Part shown: piece by piece, positions 26,825 to 41,640 of the stretch
Layout: every line of letters starts with the position of its first letter
Position numbering within the stretch: position 1 is the stretch's first letter
Assembly: GCF_000181795.1 (NCBI RefSeq)
Contig: NW_003526947.1
Location: 710,999 to 774,998 of the forward strand
Source: Trichinella spiralis
Taxonomy: Eukaryota
Direction: 5' to 3'
DNA: 64,000 nucleotides
Made by a program: the position numbers and the translations under genes
The notes under the pieces: generated by a model
Seen by the model: only the letters and a program-made list of their open reading frames with translations
Told to the model about the DNA's origin: nothing
The model's database searches: none

Positions 26825-29549
26825 ATGACCAAATTTTGCATTGTAAGTGATTGTAATCAAAGTTTGTTCATCTGTTTTAGAATTTTGCAATGCTGTCGCC
26901 TGATCCATTCAATTCTAACGATCAATTGGTGAAATGCGAAAGCCCCTGCCCGAAAAACACTTCACAGACGGAAATCCGTGTTGAGCGAGTTTCTCATCAG
27001 TGGACGGTGAAAAATTTTACTCACTGCTATCAAGAATATCTAGAATATTTTGTCCGTTTGCCACGTCCTGATGAAAGCTTAACGTGGTCGATCAAAATAT
27101 ATCCGAAAGGAAATGGAGAAAATAATAAGGAATTTATTTTTCTGTGTCTCAATCGTGTCGTACCATTGCAGTCCAAGTTGAGCAAAATTGGATTTAAAAG
27201 TCGTTTTATCATGCGTAACGCTGAACGCAAGGAAATTGAAATGCGCGTACATCCAAGTCCAAGTCACTCAGATTATGTCTCATATATTAAACGTGATGTT
27301 CTTTATCCTCAAATTTTGCCCCACGATATAATTATTGTTACTGTTGAAATCGACGTCGCAGTTGAAATTGTGACAACTAGCAATGAAGATAATTTTTCGG
27401 TAAATTCGTTTTTCTCGTAATTTTATTTCAAATATAAATTGTGTTTTACTTTCAGTATACAGATTCCATCAAACATTTTATTAACGACAGTGAGGCGATG
27501 TTGAAGAGTCACACATTTTCGGATTTTGAAATTGAAGTCGGCGGTCGGATAATTCCTGCACATCGTTGCATGTTGGCCGCTAGGAGTACAGTGTTTGCAG
27601 CTATGTTAACTCATCAGACTCATGAAACACAAATGGTAAGTGCTTGGATCAATAATAATAATACTATTAATCATTATTTTTGCTTCTCAATTTTTGACTT
27701 TATTCTGTGATTGTGTTAATTTTTCCTTTATTTTCAACGATGTACTACTAATTGTGCATAAGTAAATGCAAATTTCATCTAAGTTTAGAATGTTTAGTTA
27801 ATTTGTTGTATTCATCAGTTGGCTACTATGCAATACTTTATCTTGTAAATTGATCTTTTTTCAATCGATGAATGGTCAATAAGTGCATAATTGTTAACGC
27901 AAGCATAGCATGTTTGGATTTTACGATTCCAATTTTAAATTGTTTACTGTTGAATATTGTAATTATTGTTTCAACAAAGCAGAGTAATTAGTCATGATGC
28001 TTCAGTGTTAAATTTCTGAAATTTATAACAAATTTGTATTAGATTAACTTCCTCCACTAACATCAGTTCATCATTTTGTGTGTACAGCAGATTATGGATT
28101 ATGTTTTTGAATGACTGCCGAGTTTTTCTTTTTATTAAAATATTTATTATTTAAATGTAAAATGTAATATCACATATTTTGTGATGTTTAATTTGCTGAT
28201 GAAAGTGGTATATCTGAAATGTTCAATGGAAATAGAAGGTAGGATTTTCAATAAATTGGATTTTTCTTTTCAACATGTAAAATGTGGTTTGATAGTGTTT
28301 TTGTTTTGTTACGAACGCGAAATTATACTCGTGACAACTGCGTTTGTTATTATTGTTGAAGTGAAGAGAATTTTTCTATTGTTTAATATTTTTTTTGAAT
28401 TATTAAACAAATTTTTATTAATTAAACAATAGTAGCCATTTGTGTATATGCAATCAGTGTATCGTTGAAATGCTGACAGTTTGTTAAGTGGATTGAAGAT
28501 TTTCATGTTCCTTGTGCATTTTGCGATCGGTGTAAATTAGTTTTTGTTAAAGTTTTTCAAATTTTCATAATTCTGAATAGTAATAAATAATAGTGAAAAG
28601 CTATCGAATTGTAACTTGTGAATAGATTTTCCCGACTACGGTGAAACATGAGAATGAATTGGTTTTTGGAAAGGATGAGAAATAAATGAATATTAGTCAT
28701 CTATGGCGAAAGAGTGAAATTGGTGAAGATTTGATTGACATGAATTGTTCTAGTAGAAGTTCATTGTCATTTTATTTTTGGAATTATTATTTAATAATTT
28801 CGTTTATTTTGAACTGGTTTTTGTATGGTATACGACAAGGTCGACTGTAATAGAAGTGAGGTGGTTTTTGTTGTTGTGTTGTCATTTGAATGAAGAAAAA
28901 TGTTCCTTATTAGTTGCAGAAATAGTTCAATGTTGGTTTGTGCATGAATTGGAATAATTGAACAATTTCTAGGTTAGTGTTCATTTTAGCAGATAGCAAG
29001 ATGTTCGTTTATAATTGAATCGTTTGATGTGAAAACATTGTCTATATTGTAATATTTAGTACAGTTCTGGTTTAGATGACAATTTGCAATTGTTGCATAT
29101 CAGTAGAAATTTTCCACCTGCAATTTGATGCATAAAGATTTATTGAATTTTATTTTCAGGGTCGGCTCGTTATACCGGATTTTGATTTTGAAGTGATATC
29201 AGAATTGGTGCGTTTTATTTATACTGGCCGATGTCGTCGTTTGAAAGAGCTGAGTCATGATTTGCTGGTAGTTGCCGACAAATATCGGGTTTTGGATTTG
29301 AAAATACGTTGCGAACGGGTATTGGCTAATTCGTTGACTGTTGAAAATGCTTGCGATTTGCTTGTCATTGCGGACACCCATTCGGCAAGTTATTTGAAAG
29401 AAAAAGCGCTGGATTTCATGCATCAGAATGTCAGCCAGATAACAACTACCCAAGGTTGGACGTTGTTGTTGAATCAACGTCAAGAATTGGTCACCGAAGT
29501 TGTGCAAAGTTTTGGAAAAGTATCGAAGAGAAAATCTGTAGGCTTATAA
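26825..29549 (+). CDS. mel-26: MATH-BTB CUL-3 adaptor, MEL-26 orthologue
   Basis: The MATH segment 'QTEIRVERVSHQWTVKNFTHCYQEYLE..LTWSIKIYPKGNGENNKEFIFLCLNRV..HPSPSHSDYVSYIKRDVL' is recognisably C. elegans MEL-26-like. BTB 'FSDFEIEVGGRIIPAHRCMLAARSTVF' and a BACK-like last exon at 29160-29549. The start may be 26825 (short in-frame exon) or 26890. Confidence 0.9.
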
Positions 29550-30092
29550 GGACAGAGCTGAGGAAGAGAGAAGGGAATTGGGAAAATTGAATTTTTCATT
29601 TTTCCAATAAAAGAAGAACTGATGCAAAATATGTACATTTCTATTCATTTTTGCTTATTTTAAATTTATATTTTTATTAATATTTTGTGTACATTTTTGC
29701 ATCAGTAATCGAACCTTCGAACTTCATCACTGTGGATAACAAATAATAAAACAAAATTTCATCAAATATAGTATTTATCGATTTAATACAACAATTTGAT
29801 GTTTATCTTTTTCCAAGTACAGTGTACTTGAAATTATATATTTATAGCAAAAAATTAAAAATTATCGAAAAATTCCAGAAATTTCAATTTCCAGAAAAAA
29901 TACATCCAAAAGTGATAATTAATTTTTGTCGATTTCAAATTGTCGAAATTGTTTTTAGATTTACATAAAAAGGAAATGTTGAACTTGATTTTCAATATTG
30001 TAAAAGTTACCGCAGTTTAGAATTTTGCAAGTGAAAACCAGAAAGAAAAAAGGAAAGAAATTCACCATCGGAACAGGGATAGAAATTTGAAA

Positions 30093-31712
30093 ATGAGTGA
30101 CGAAGAAATTGACAATATTTTGGCAAATTTTAAGGATGTTAAAGAGAATATGATGGAATTGTGGAAAGAAGAAATTGCTTCGGCGAGAATGCAAAAATTG
30201 AAATTATCCCAACCTTACCGGCCGCAATCGTACAAGCTTGTTGAACTTCCGGAAAATCTACTCGCTCAAGTGAAATCGGGTCAAAAGTATAAACAGATTG
30301 TTTTTCTTTTTGATTTCAATTATTAATAATTATTGTTTTTTTGTTTTATTTTATTAATTTTTGAAAAATTCAGATTGTACATTCGAGGTAAACCTTCCGA
30401 CAAGGCTTACATTTCCGCGTCGAACGAAACGTACGAACTTGTCGAACGGAATCACGCGGGCTCTTCGACATTTTTAATTTGTGAAAATCTTCAAGTTCCA
30501 ACTTGCAAGCAAAATGATGAACAACAACCGCAAGATTCAACAGTAACACGAAACTGTTGGACATTTAGAATGCAATAATTAACGGTTTTCATTTTGTTTT
30601 TGTTTCAGATTTGTACAATGATTTCGAGTATATTAACTACAAATTATTGTTACGTTCCGTGCGGCAAAATGATCAGACATCTTCTTAATGATGACATTTA
30701 CGACGGTTTGGGCAAATCGACTTCGAAACAGCAGGTAATTTATTTATGCTGATATTAATTGTACGATTGCAAAAATTTTCTCTACCACCACCTCATAATT
30801 AAAGTGGACCGTGGACAAATTGTTGTTGGCAATTCCATCGAATGAGCAACAACTGTGCGACGCTTTGAAGCAATTGCATGTGTGCGAAATTGACGGTAAT
30901 AAATTTGAGTCGAAGAATGGTGAATTTATAATAATTGAGAAGATATTTTTCAGGTTTTTTGCGACTTTTGAGTGTCAATTATTTGATCAATCTTACCGAC
31001 AGAATTGTACGTGAAATTCGGGCGAACAACTTGAATACGATTAGCGTTGAAGAAGCGGCCGCAGATTTGGAAGAATTGGGCTTGATTTCGGTTATTGAAA
31101 GTTGGTTCAAATGGTTCACCGTGGCAAATGACGATGGTCAGGGTTGGCATCTGAATGAAAAAGAAATTTCTCGTCTGTACGCAGAAGGTTTGCTTTCTAC
31201 CGTTGAAAGTGTAAGTTGTTGTTTCATCGTTTGCAATAATTTCAAATCTACGCTGTATACGTGTAATTCACAATAATCTGTTGAATAATCGATGAATAAT
31301 TTTTCTTCTTTTTTATTCAATTTTAGATGGAATTGAAACAATTTTTGGATGCGTGGAAAGAGAGTGTTCCTGTTGAAATTGAGACACAACCCAGTTATCT
31401 TTATGGTATTGCACTAATCAGAGACAACACTTCACCAGAAGTGATCGAATATTTCCCTTCGTATGATTTGCCGGCCGACAGAAATGAACAAATTAAACTT
31501 ATGTTTGAAAAGAAACGAATTTGGAAATTGGAACAACTTCGTCCCTATTTTCCGTAATTTTTAAATTAATTTATTCATTCATTTACTGTTTATTTGGGTT
31601 TTTTTATTTCCACAGAACTAACAATGACGCCCAAATACACGCCATTTTGGAAAAACATTGCCGCTGTTATAACGATGATGGTGTCACATATTTTGCCCGA
31701 AGACATGCATAA
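30093..31712 (+). CDS. DSCC1: Sister chromatid cohesion protein DCC1 (Ctf18-RFC subunit), multi-exon
   Basis: Motifs 'YKLVELPENLL', 'LYIRGKPSDKAYISASNETYEL', 'FLDAWKESVP' and 'DLPADRNEQIKLMFEKKRIWKLEQLRPY' are characteristic of Dcc1. Confidence 0.85.
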
Positions 31713-32974
31713 CTCTTTTACATGGTTGGTTTGTTCAACTGTTCACAACATTTACTGTTGCACAGTTGTGCGGTTATTTCTATTCTTTATTTTTGTTTAT
31801 TCCAATTGGTCATTGGAAATGTTGTACAAGCAGTCGAAAAAATTCCATTTTTCATATAAATTATTTGTAAGTGGTACTGTACAATATTAATGATTAAGTA
31901 TTATTATTAATAATAATGAATGTGGTTTTTCAGCATTCGCTTATTGACGTTGGTGGAATGTGAATTAATTAAATAATTGCAAATTGTTCAACTCATCTTA
32001 TCGTCATTTGCTGTATAATTATTATTGAAATATTGAAAACGTATTATTTTCTTATTACCGAAACAGCAAATGTTGGAAAGCTTCAATTTAGCTAAAATGA
32101 AATTGATTTATTTGCAAGCATTTTAATGCGCTGCACATGTATGTCGGTTTTACACGATGTCCACAGTGATAAATTTATTCTGAATTAGCTGAATGAATTT
32201 CAGTGAAGTTTTCGCATCGTTTGCTGCTGTCGTCGGAAACTTTAAACGTAAGAAAATTTTTTCTCTTCGAAATTATTGTAATGTTTTTTTTTCAATTGAG
32301 TATCATATTGGGTACAGTTAGTTTTGGTTTTTCTGTCAATTCGCGGATATTTTAATGTTTAAATGTTTATAAAATGTAGTTTCTAGTTTAGTTGTTTCTC
32401 GTGAAGAATGAAAATTCAACGAACATTTCATATTAGTGAAATTGTTAATACAAAAATTATTCAACTGACATTGTAAGAGTTCAAATTTTAACTAGATCGA
32501 TTAGTTCGTTTTATAATTTTTATTGCATTTTAAAATTTACATAACAATTTCCATTTTTGAGTTCTAATTAAACTTATTTCGCGTAAGATCCATTTTGCAA
32601 TAATTCTATATAATTCATCGAGCAGGTTAATGCTTTATAATTGTATTCATTTAATATAAGTGAATGCATTAATGTTTTTTTTTCAATTTAATTAATTGGA
32701 AATATAAATTAACTTTGATAATTACTTAATGATAAATTGTTAACAGAATCAACGTGTACAATTATCAGTATTGCAGTGTGGAATGTTGATGATATTTAAT
32801 GATTATTTTCATTTTAATATTTGCAATAAATAAATAAATAAATAAATAAATGACGATGACGCACTTTTTGGCTATTAGTTCATAAATTCGAGTAGGGAGC
32901 TGTCCGATTTGAGAAAGTTTTATGATAAATGTTGTTTGCCTATTTATGTAATCCTCCTTATCTTTTGATTGGAT

Positions 32975-32988
32975 GTTTCCATGACGAC
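32975..32988 (+). promoter_or_regulatory. Candidate X-box (RFX/DAF-19 site)
   Basis: GTTTCCATGACGAC fits the nematode X-box consensus RTHNYYWTRRNRAC and lies upstream of a ciliary-type RP1-like gene. Confidence 0.3.
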
Positions 32989-35900
32989 TGATAAGGTAGA
33001 CAATTATGACTTTTCCGGCTTTTTGCGTCCCATTCAATTCAGCAAACGTTGACGTTTGGCTGCATTAAATAAAGGCATCGAACGTCGGTTGCAATGGGAT
33101 TTGTGGATGAAATGAACGACGGAAGTAGGATTTCCTTTATTTTATTTCTGACGAATCAGCAAAGGCGTTGATTCGATCGCAAACCTGCGCACCAGTCGTC
33201 ACGTTGTTAATCAGGCAATAATTTCACCTTTTCCATAATTACTTTGCTTATTGATTGAAAATGAACAGTCAAAATGAACATTTTAATCAGTCCAGCATTA
33301 TATACGGGCCCTTTAACGTTTCAATAGCTTTGTGTCTATCATCATCAGGTAAGCAGCACTGATATCCGGAATTATCATTTTCTCTTTCTGTTTTGTTTCT
33401 TTTATTTCGCAAATTGTATAAATTATTATCCCATTTTCTGGGAAATACAAAATGTGAGACTTTAACCTTTTTCATTTGGATTTGTTGAACAAAAGTTTTC
33501 CTTTCACAAGTGATAATAAATGATTTCGTCAGTGTTTAGGTGATTGTAATATTTATGGAAGAGAGAAAAAGAGGAGAAATTATTATTATTATTAACTGAT
33601 ACGTTTGTGAATTGATTTGTTCAGGTTGCTAAATTTTTAAGCAAAAAATAAGTAGAAACAACCACATACTAGCTTCAGTTTTATGAACAACAGAAATCAT
33701 TGTTGTTCAAGGGTATAATTTAAAAAAAAAGAAGGAAAAAATTACCCAAGAATTACCAATGAATAGATAATTTTCGATATATGTATATATATATATTAAA
33801 TTTTGAGAAAAGTCTCACTATGAATTATGGATTTTGGTAACTTGCTTTTGTATTTGATTATTTTTTTATCTTCTCTTTTTTTGAAAATCCAACAATATTT
33901 CGAACGATATTTCGTTTTATGCTTGATGGATGATACATAACAACATCTGTACAGACGTTGTTGTTGGAATGATCGATAGCAAAAAAAAGGAAAAATGAGT
34001 TGAAGTTTGAATATGAATTTCATGTTCATACATTCATCTTCTTTTGTTATTTAATACTGTTGATTTATTAATGAATTCTCTGTTTAATAGACAAAGAGAA
34101 ACTGTTCACATAATGTTTATTGTAAAGCTCAAGGAATATTTCAAATTTTCTTGTTTTTTTTTCTCCCCCTCTCTCTTCTCTTCATTATGTTAATTTCACA
34201 TCAACCGAGTGACAATTTGTGTCCAATGATCAGTTGGTTGTGTTAGCATGTTGTTTGTTATTGGGATTTTGCAATCGAATGTGTTAGCTTGTTGAACACA
34301 TAATACAATTTGTCTGTCGAATTAATGCTGGTTGAAATTTTGGAAAATGCCTCGCTTGACAATTTCATCCATCACTGCATCAGTAATCACCGGGGCTCTA
34401 TCTATTTGGGGCGGAAATCGAATCCTTTTCAACGTCACTTGCACGTGTCTGATTCAATTACACTTTCTTTGACTGTGTTCAAAAAACCATAACTTTTCAT
34501 TTATTCTGCTATGCCAATATTGTCTAGCTGTTGTGGTTTTTTTCATTAGGACGTTGAGGAAATAATCTTCTCTATTCATTAATTATTTGACAGTATTTTT
34601 TTTACCTCAGACACCTGAGCATCACTTTCACCATTCTTGACGTCACTTTATTAAAAACGAGCTCAAACACTTCCAATAGCATTTTTCATTAATTGGCTTT
34701 TGAATACGTATATATAATTTTTCAATTAGAATAACTTTTTACATTATTTTTGCACGGCAGTTGCATGGAAAATTATTGATTGCATTTTGTATATGAACAG
34801 AAATAATGATATTACAGTTTTCATTCTATTATGGATCATCCGCGTGAAATTATACGCACACAGACAAACAAACACCCATAGACATCGACATGCGCAGACA
34901 GACATGCAGACAGAATAACTTCCTGCAGTGCTGTTCCATAGATCAATTATATTATTAATTAGTTTTCTTTATTCGCATTCAATCAAACGTATCACATTAT
35001 GCATGCAAATTTACGTTGCGTAAATAAATACAATTTATCAACAGTAGCCAAACTTTTATATGCTTTAAATTAAGACTGTTAAATTAATGTGATTAATTGT
35101 ATAATTTGTTTTACTGTTCATCAAAGCTGAATAATATTGTCTATAAAAGTGTAGCTTGAAAAATTATTGTATAATTAATTCGATCAAATGGACAAATTCA
35201 ACAGTTCGAAAAAGCACACGCAGTAATATATTGATATCGAAGTGTAGCACGATCATCTAAATTTGGCGATTCATACTTTTATTAGCATCTTTTTTACATT
35301 CAACCTCAAATGTTGCTAAAAGTTTTTTACTTTTTTATGAACCGATTTTCATCGATTCAATTTTAATTTTTCATAAAATTTATTTTCTATAGTTAATTTT
35401 AAAAATTCATTCAAATAAATTATTAGATTATTATTTGTGCACAAAATTGGTTTCCTTTTTATATGCAAAGTATCATATAAAATCACTTTGTGAATAGAAT
35501 CATGAAAAATGGCGATAACGTTTGATTTATTTGCTTACAATTGATATTATTTAAATTCGTCATTCTGTCTTTTTATATTAATTCTATCAATATCAAGCGT
35601 ACCAATTGATTGGCCAACTGAACATTTTGTTCTTTCACATACAGTTCAGAAAATTATCATCTAATTGCCAAATGACATTTGAAATGTTTTCTAAAAATTA
35701 CACTTGATAAAATATTGCAATTTCATCGTTTCATTTGAAAATATGCATTTTTATTTACCAAAAAAGAAAGATAAACTCATTTGCATGTTGAACATTTTAA
35801 AAATGCTCATAAAGGTAATGAACATTTGCCAAAATGAATTAATAGCACGTTTTCCACCGTCTGCTTAATTTAAATTGGCTCGGCATGCTCGACCGGACTA

Positions 35901-36555
35901 TTTATTATTAATAGAATGAACTCCAAGCGTGCACATCAAATGAAAAAGTAATATAACGTCAGAGAATTAGAAATATCTATTTTTAATGATCTGTCAGACA
36001 AGAAAAAAAAGAAAGAATGAAAAATATGAATTCATTTTCAATAGCTTTGCAAAAAACAATCTACTTTTCAATATGCTAAAAAACTCAATAATTATTTTAG
36101 TGTAGAAAGAAATTTTTATAAAATGAAATATTCAAATGTTTACAGTTTTATTATTTTTCGTGTTTACAGATAATGAACAACTGGCAATGATTAATAATAT
36201 TATCAATAACTGGTGCTGAGGATGGTGAAAGTGAAAAGATAACTTTAATAGAAGCACCGATGTTTACTAGTAATGCAAAGAAATGATCCAAACTTCACTG
36301 AAGCGTTTTTTTTTGAATATACAATTTCTTATTTTAGAAACATTTAAAATATACCATTTTTTAAAGGAAATATTTTACTTTTTTTAAGCTATAAAATCGT
36401 TGCACTCAATAAAATAGCTCATTTATTATTATTATTATTATTATTGAAAGCAGAAGTGAGAAATGCAAACAAAGAAATGCCAATTATGAAAATAATTTTC
36501 AGTTCAATTCAATGCATATTGGCTTTTGATATTGGAATAATCGAATTGGAATACA

Positions 36556-39500
36556 ATGAATGGTGACGTGAATCAAAAATTTTTGACCGTAGAAAATGGT
36601 CGAAAGCAGGCAACATCAATTGAAAAGAAAAGTCTCAACTATTCCACGAGAACAGTGTTTTTTCACAAAGATGGCGATAAGTATTTTCAGGTACGTTGTT
36701 GTTTAATTGCAATTGCAAAGAATTACAGTAATATTGAAAATTGATTTTACTTTATTTTAAATAATTGAACATTCCATGACAATGCTTGAGTGAAATATTT
36801 ATTATCTGTTTCTAGGCTGTCAAAATACCTGTGTCAAAGGCAAGGTATCGAACAATAGAAGCACTTTTGGATGATTTGTCCAAAAAAGTGCCCCTGCATT
36901 TTGGTGTCCGTCGATTGTTTACACCAAAAGGGAGAGATGAAATCAAAGATATTGATCAGTTGAAAAATTATGGAAAGTAAAAAATGCATTTTTTCGATCT
37001 CATATATGATATTTTCATTTTCATTTCATTCATATTGTTATTTAAAAATTTCTACAGCTACATTTGCGCTTCAAATCGAAAAGTTCATGCATTGAAACTG
37101 CGCTGTCAACCAGGTGATGCTTTGAATCGACAAGCGGCAAACAAATCCAAAGCAACTGATGGCAGATGCTCATGGGTAATTTTTTTCGAATATCAGTACC
37201 ATTTCGTTGGAAATTTGAATATTTCCATTTATTCTTTATTTAGGAAGCATCCAGCTCTACACTGGTTGAAGATTCTGCAGAAAATCATCGTCAGATAAAA
37301 TTACACAATGAAATTATTCAACCAAAAATAAAACAAGTAAGCTCGACTGCATTCTGTTATTTAATTCACTAAAAAAGGATTATTTGATCAAAAGTTCGTG
37401 TTTTTTTTACTTATAATAATTTTTTGTTTTTATTCATAGGTAGATTTTATTTTAAATTGTTCTCCTGGTCGACATTACACTATGCGTTTCAAAATGAACA
37501 ATTGTTTATTATCGTTTGATGAAATACTGCGAAATTTGTCCGATGCGTTCCAAGTTGGTATTGCAAAATTGTACACAACCAAAGGTTCAAGGGTGAATGA
37601 ACATTTCAATTTCACTGTGCACTTCAATAATAATTAGCATGATCCGTTTCAGATAATTCGCTGTGAGGATATTTTAAATGGTCCCCATCAACTCATAGCT
37701 TGCAAAAAATATGAACGACCTACAGTTAAAGATGCTGGCAAACTGCCGTTGATTAATTTTGGTAAACCAGTGCTAACAGTGGATTTTCTGCAACGAATTC
37801 AAATCTGTATTAATATATTTCTATAATTTGTAGGAAAAACTACAAAGGGTGTGTCGAATGGCAAGCCAAAAGAAACGGTGTGCCATAGTTCTCTCCCGAC
37901 GTTGCCTATAACAATGGATATACATTCGAGGAAAGAAAACTCTGATATTGCACAAGCTGTTTTATTAGAAAAATCAGACGAATTGCACAGGAAGGATAGT
38001 GCAAGAAATCTAAAGAGTATATATTTTAGATTTTAATTTTTAACATAAAATGTCTTTTGTTAAGGTGCTTCAACATCAGATCTTTGTGATCAGATTCATC
38101 AAGAATTGGAACAAGGATCGTCATTGACAAAACTTTCCCGAAAGCAAGATCGCAACAAAGGTAAACACTGTGACTATTTCAAATTATATTTTCTTTTCTC
38201 ATATATAACGTGATGTTTTATAAAACCAATCGAACAGTAAAAAATAAATTGCATCCTGAACTTGCTTAATTTATATTTTGTATTTAGAATGCGTATACGA
38301 GATTATTGTTTGTACTGGCAATCGATGGGCTGCAGATATGGACTCTGATCTGTATATAATTCTTTATGGAGTAGACGCTCGTTCAGAAAAACTTTGGCTA
38401 AAGCAAAGTTTGAACGATCCAAAATTTCAGCAAAATCAGGTACGTTTCAAGCAGTGTTGGAGATTGAAAACTTTTAACATATGCTATGCCCATTTTTTGT
38501 TGAAATTCTACATTGAAGGCTGATTTTTTCGAAATTTGGTGTCCCTATGTTGGAGAATTGAAAAAAATTACTGTTGGCCACAATGAAACAGGATATGGTA
38601 TTTTTCCATTACTTTATTTAACTGTGATTACAAAGCATATGTCATTTCAAGGCGGGGGTATATTTATCGATCGTATTTCAATCACTGAACCGAACATCGA
38701 TGGGCTGTATTATACATTTCCATGCTCCAAATGGTTTGACGTTGGTCAGGTAGATGGAAAAATAGAACGTCAGCTCAAGTGTACTGGTAAGCTAAAAAAT
38801 GTTGCAAATACCTTTCATGGTTACATTTGAAACAAGTTCAACAGTGTTGTTGAAGGTTACTGTGCTTTGAATTCACGATTAAGGCAATATGAGCAAAAAC
38901 GAGATGAATATTCATCAGGTATAAAGAATGATAATTTGACATTCGTGCGTATTTCATTGTCATTTATTTAGAAAATCAATGGAAGCTTTACATTAAATTC
39001 AACAAAATATCGTCAACTGCTGAAAATTCTCCTGAACTGCATGTTTTTGCATACAGCAGCGTAGGAAAATCTCGTTCAAATTATATGCAACAACGGAAGT
39101 TAATTAAGGCAACCAGTGAAGAAGCGGTATGCTGTGATTCAGGGAAATTATTTGAAAAGCACTTCCAAGATAATTTTAGATTTTTTTCAATGAAGTTGGG
39201 AGAATTTATAAAATTCGAATTGAAGTTGACTGTCATTCGCCTGATTCTGAGGATTTTGCTGTTTACATCGAATCGATGGAGTTGGTGCAAAAGTGTTCCG
39301 GTGATCGACGTCACATCACTTGTCGTTCTTGGTGTCGTCTGAGTGAATCTGTTAATCAGAAATCTTCTACACTTCAACTTTTTCGAGAATTTCCCATTGT
39401 CGATTTGAAAAGTGATCTACTTCCAGGTATTTACATATATGTAAATTAATTTTATTTGTTTATATTTCTTTTTCGTCTTACGTAGTTGAAATATAGCAAG

Positions 39501-41640
39501 TTAGTAATCTGACAAGTGAGTAATTGATTTATAAAGCGTCTGAATTGAGAAAACTTTAAAATCTCAGATAACTGAATGTTAGGAAAACAGAGTGATATTT
39601 TTTCATCATCATAACATAATTGTTTTAGTGTACAAGTATCACGGAAAAATTACTCTTGGTGATATGCGTGGAATTGAACCTGGTCGATATTTCCATTGTA
39701 AACTTTACGGTGAGCTTGGTGACAGTGGTATTATCTATTTGGATAGGAATAAAGCTGAAAATGGAATCTTAGAGGTATATGCTTTATTCATAAACTTACT
39801 AAGATCTTACTAAATATTTCGATTTGTCATAAAAATTTCTTTTCAGTTTCAAGCAGAATGTGTTTCCTTGGGACGTTTGATGTGCGTTATGTTTTCTACA
39901 TTTGTCAATGCACAAGGTGAATATTGTATTATTTTTCTTGTATTCAGTAATAAATCAGTAATTCTTTAAGCTGAGCACCTCTGTGAAGGATTTAACGTTT
40001 TGCAAGAACTTTACGAAAAATACAACTGCTCAGTGACGGCAGGTAAACACTTGTTCTCGTTTTCTGTTTAAGGTTATTATTTAATATTTAGGCATTGTTT
40101 GGCTAGTTAATTCTGTTGTCATTAGAGAAAGTTTGCATTCACCTTATCAATATATCTTTACGGAAGGTCGAATTTTGGAAAAACAGTTTCCTGGTGTTCT
40201 TCGGAAAGAGCTCATTTTGAGTGGTAAGAATGAAAAATAAGCATACTAGTAGTCTGAAAGTAGGCACGTTTTCGTAAATTCAAGTTTACGAATAATTGTA
40301 AATGATCACATTATCGGCGTAAATGTTTGGCTATTGAATGCTCCGCTGTAGAACAGAAATACATGCCAACTGTTTGTCAAGCATTGCAACAGTTCCGCAT
40401 CTAGTGCATGAGGTTTTACTAATCTGTGACTGCAGTTATTGGAAATTAATTTATTTTAGATATAACCGGCTTGTCAACGAAATCTTCCCGCATGGATAAC
40501 GCAGAAACAGAAGCAGAAGAAGAGATGTGGAAGCTGCTGATCACCAGTCAAGAAATGACAAGTTTTGAGTCTATATATGGTAACTGTTGCCTTACTGTGT
40601 TTGGGGAACTTGGAAACTCAGGCCCGATTGTTCTTGCTGAAAGAGACAGTAAATATCGATCGAACAAGACTATTGTATTTCAGGTAAAGTTCTGTTGTAC
40701 TGATTTGTTCATTCTACTACTTTTTGTATTTCTTTTTCAGATTGGATTTAAATCAGTCGGTAAAATTTTTAAAGTTCGATTGCAAATGGATGCAATAGAG
40801 GATCATCAGGTTACTTGGTATTTGAAAAAAGTAACTTCATCAATTGCTCATGTGAATTGTTACTAGTCACGAATTTTATCCGTGATAAATTTGCAGTTGA
40901 AAATGAAAAATATCAAAAACGGAGATGAATTTCGAATTAATGCGGAGAGTTTATTGATGCAGACAGAATGGAACCCCAGACCGATAGTAGAGTTTGCGGT
41001 TGCATGGCCCGATATTCCGCCGTTACCAAGTAGCTGAAAAATAATTGCATATTTATTTCAATGCATTATTTCATATTCATTTAGCAATAGTTTATAATAT
41101 ACTGGTTGAAAATGGTAAAGGAACAGATCGTCATCAGTCGATGATACTGAGTTTGAATTTATTCGGTGTTCATGGGGATACCGGCCGACGATTCTTGCTC
41201 ACTTCTGATCCTGCTCAACGACACTTTCAACCAGGAAATGTGAGCTATTGTTAACTTGAAATTGGATGTTATTAGAATAACGCGTTTCATGATTTAACAC
41301 CATTTACCTCCACAATTTTTTATGCTTCAGAAAGATACTTTTGAAATCGAAACAATTTATCTCGGTACAATTCATGAGGTCGTTATTGAAATTGCACCTG
41401 GCTCACGCTTCAAGCAGTGGCATTTAAAGACGATTGAAATTGTCGATCCTGAAGGCCATGCTGTTTACAAATTTTATTCTGATGAGTGAGTTGAAAATTT
41501 AGTCTTGTGGCTGCTGTTTACCATGAAAGACTTTTTGTAGAATTCTAACATCAAGTGCTACTGTACTAATTTTGAAAAATCCGACGGTTCAAGCATCTAA
41601 CGGTTTTCCAGCAAATACAGTAGACGAAAATCACGATTAA
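36556..41640 (+). CDS. RP1-like protein with doublecortin (DCX) domains and several PLAT/LH2 domains, >20 exons
   Basis: DCX: 'RTVFFHKDGDKYFQ..YRTIEALLDDLSKKVPLHFGVRRLFTPKG'. PLAT: 'YEIIVCTGNRWAADMDSDLYIILYG', 'GELKKITVGHN', 'YTFPCSKWFDVGQVDGKIERQL', 'LYGELGDSG', 'VFGELGNSG', 'LFGVHGDTG'. Stop TAA at 41638-41640. Confidence 0.8.

Noticed and set aside
33738..33760. Partial SL1-like AATTACCCAAG
   Set aside because: An 11-nt match without the rest of the leader, a donor or an Sm site.
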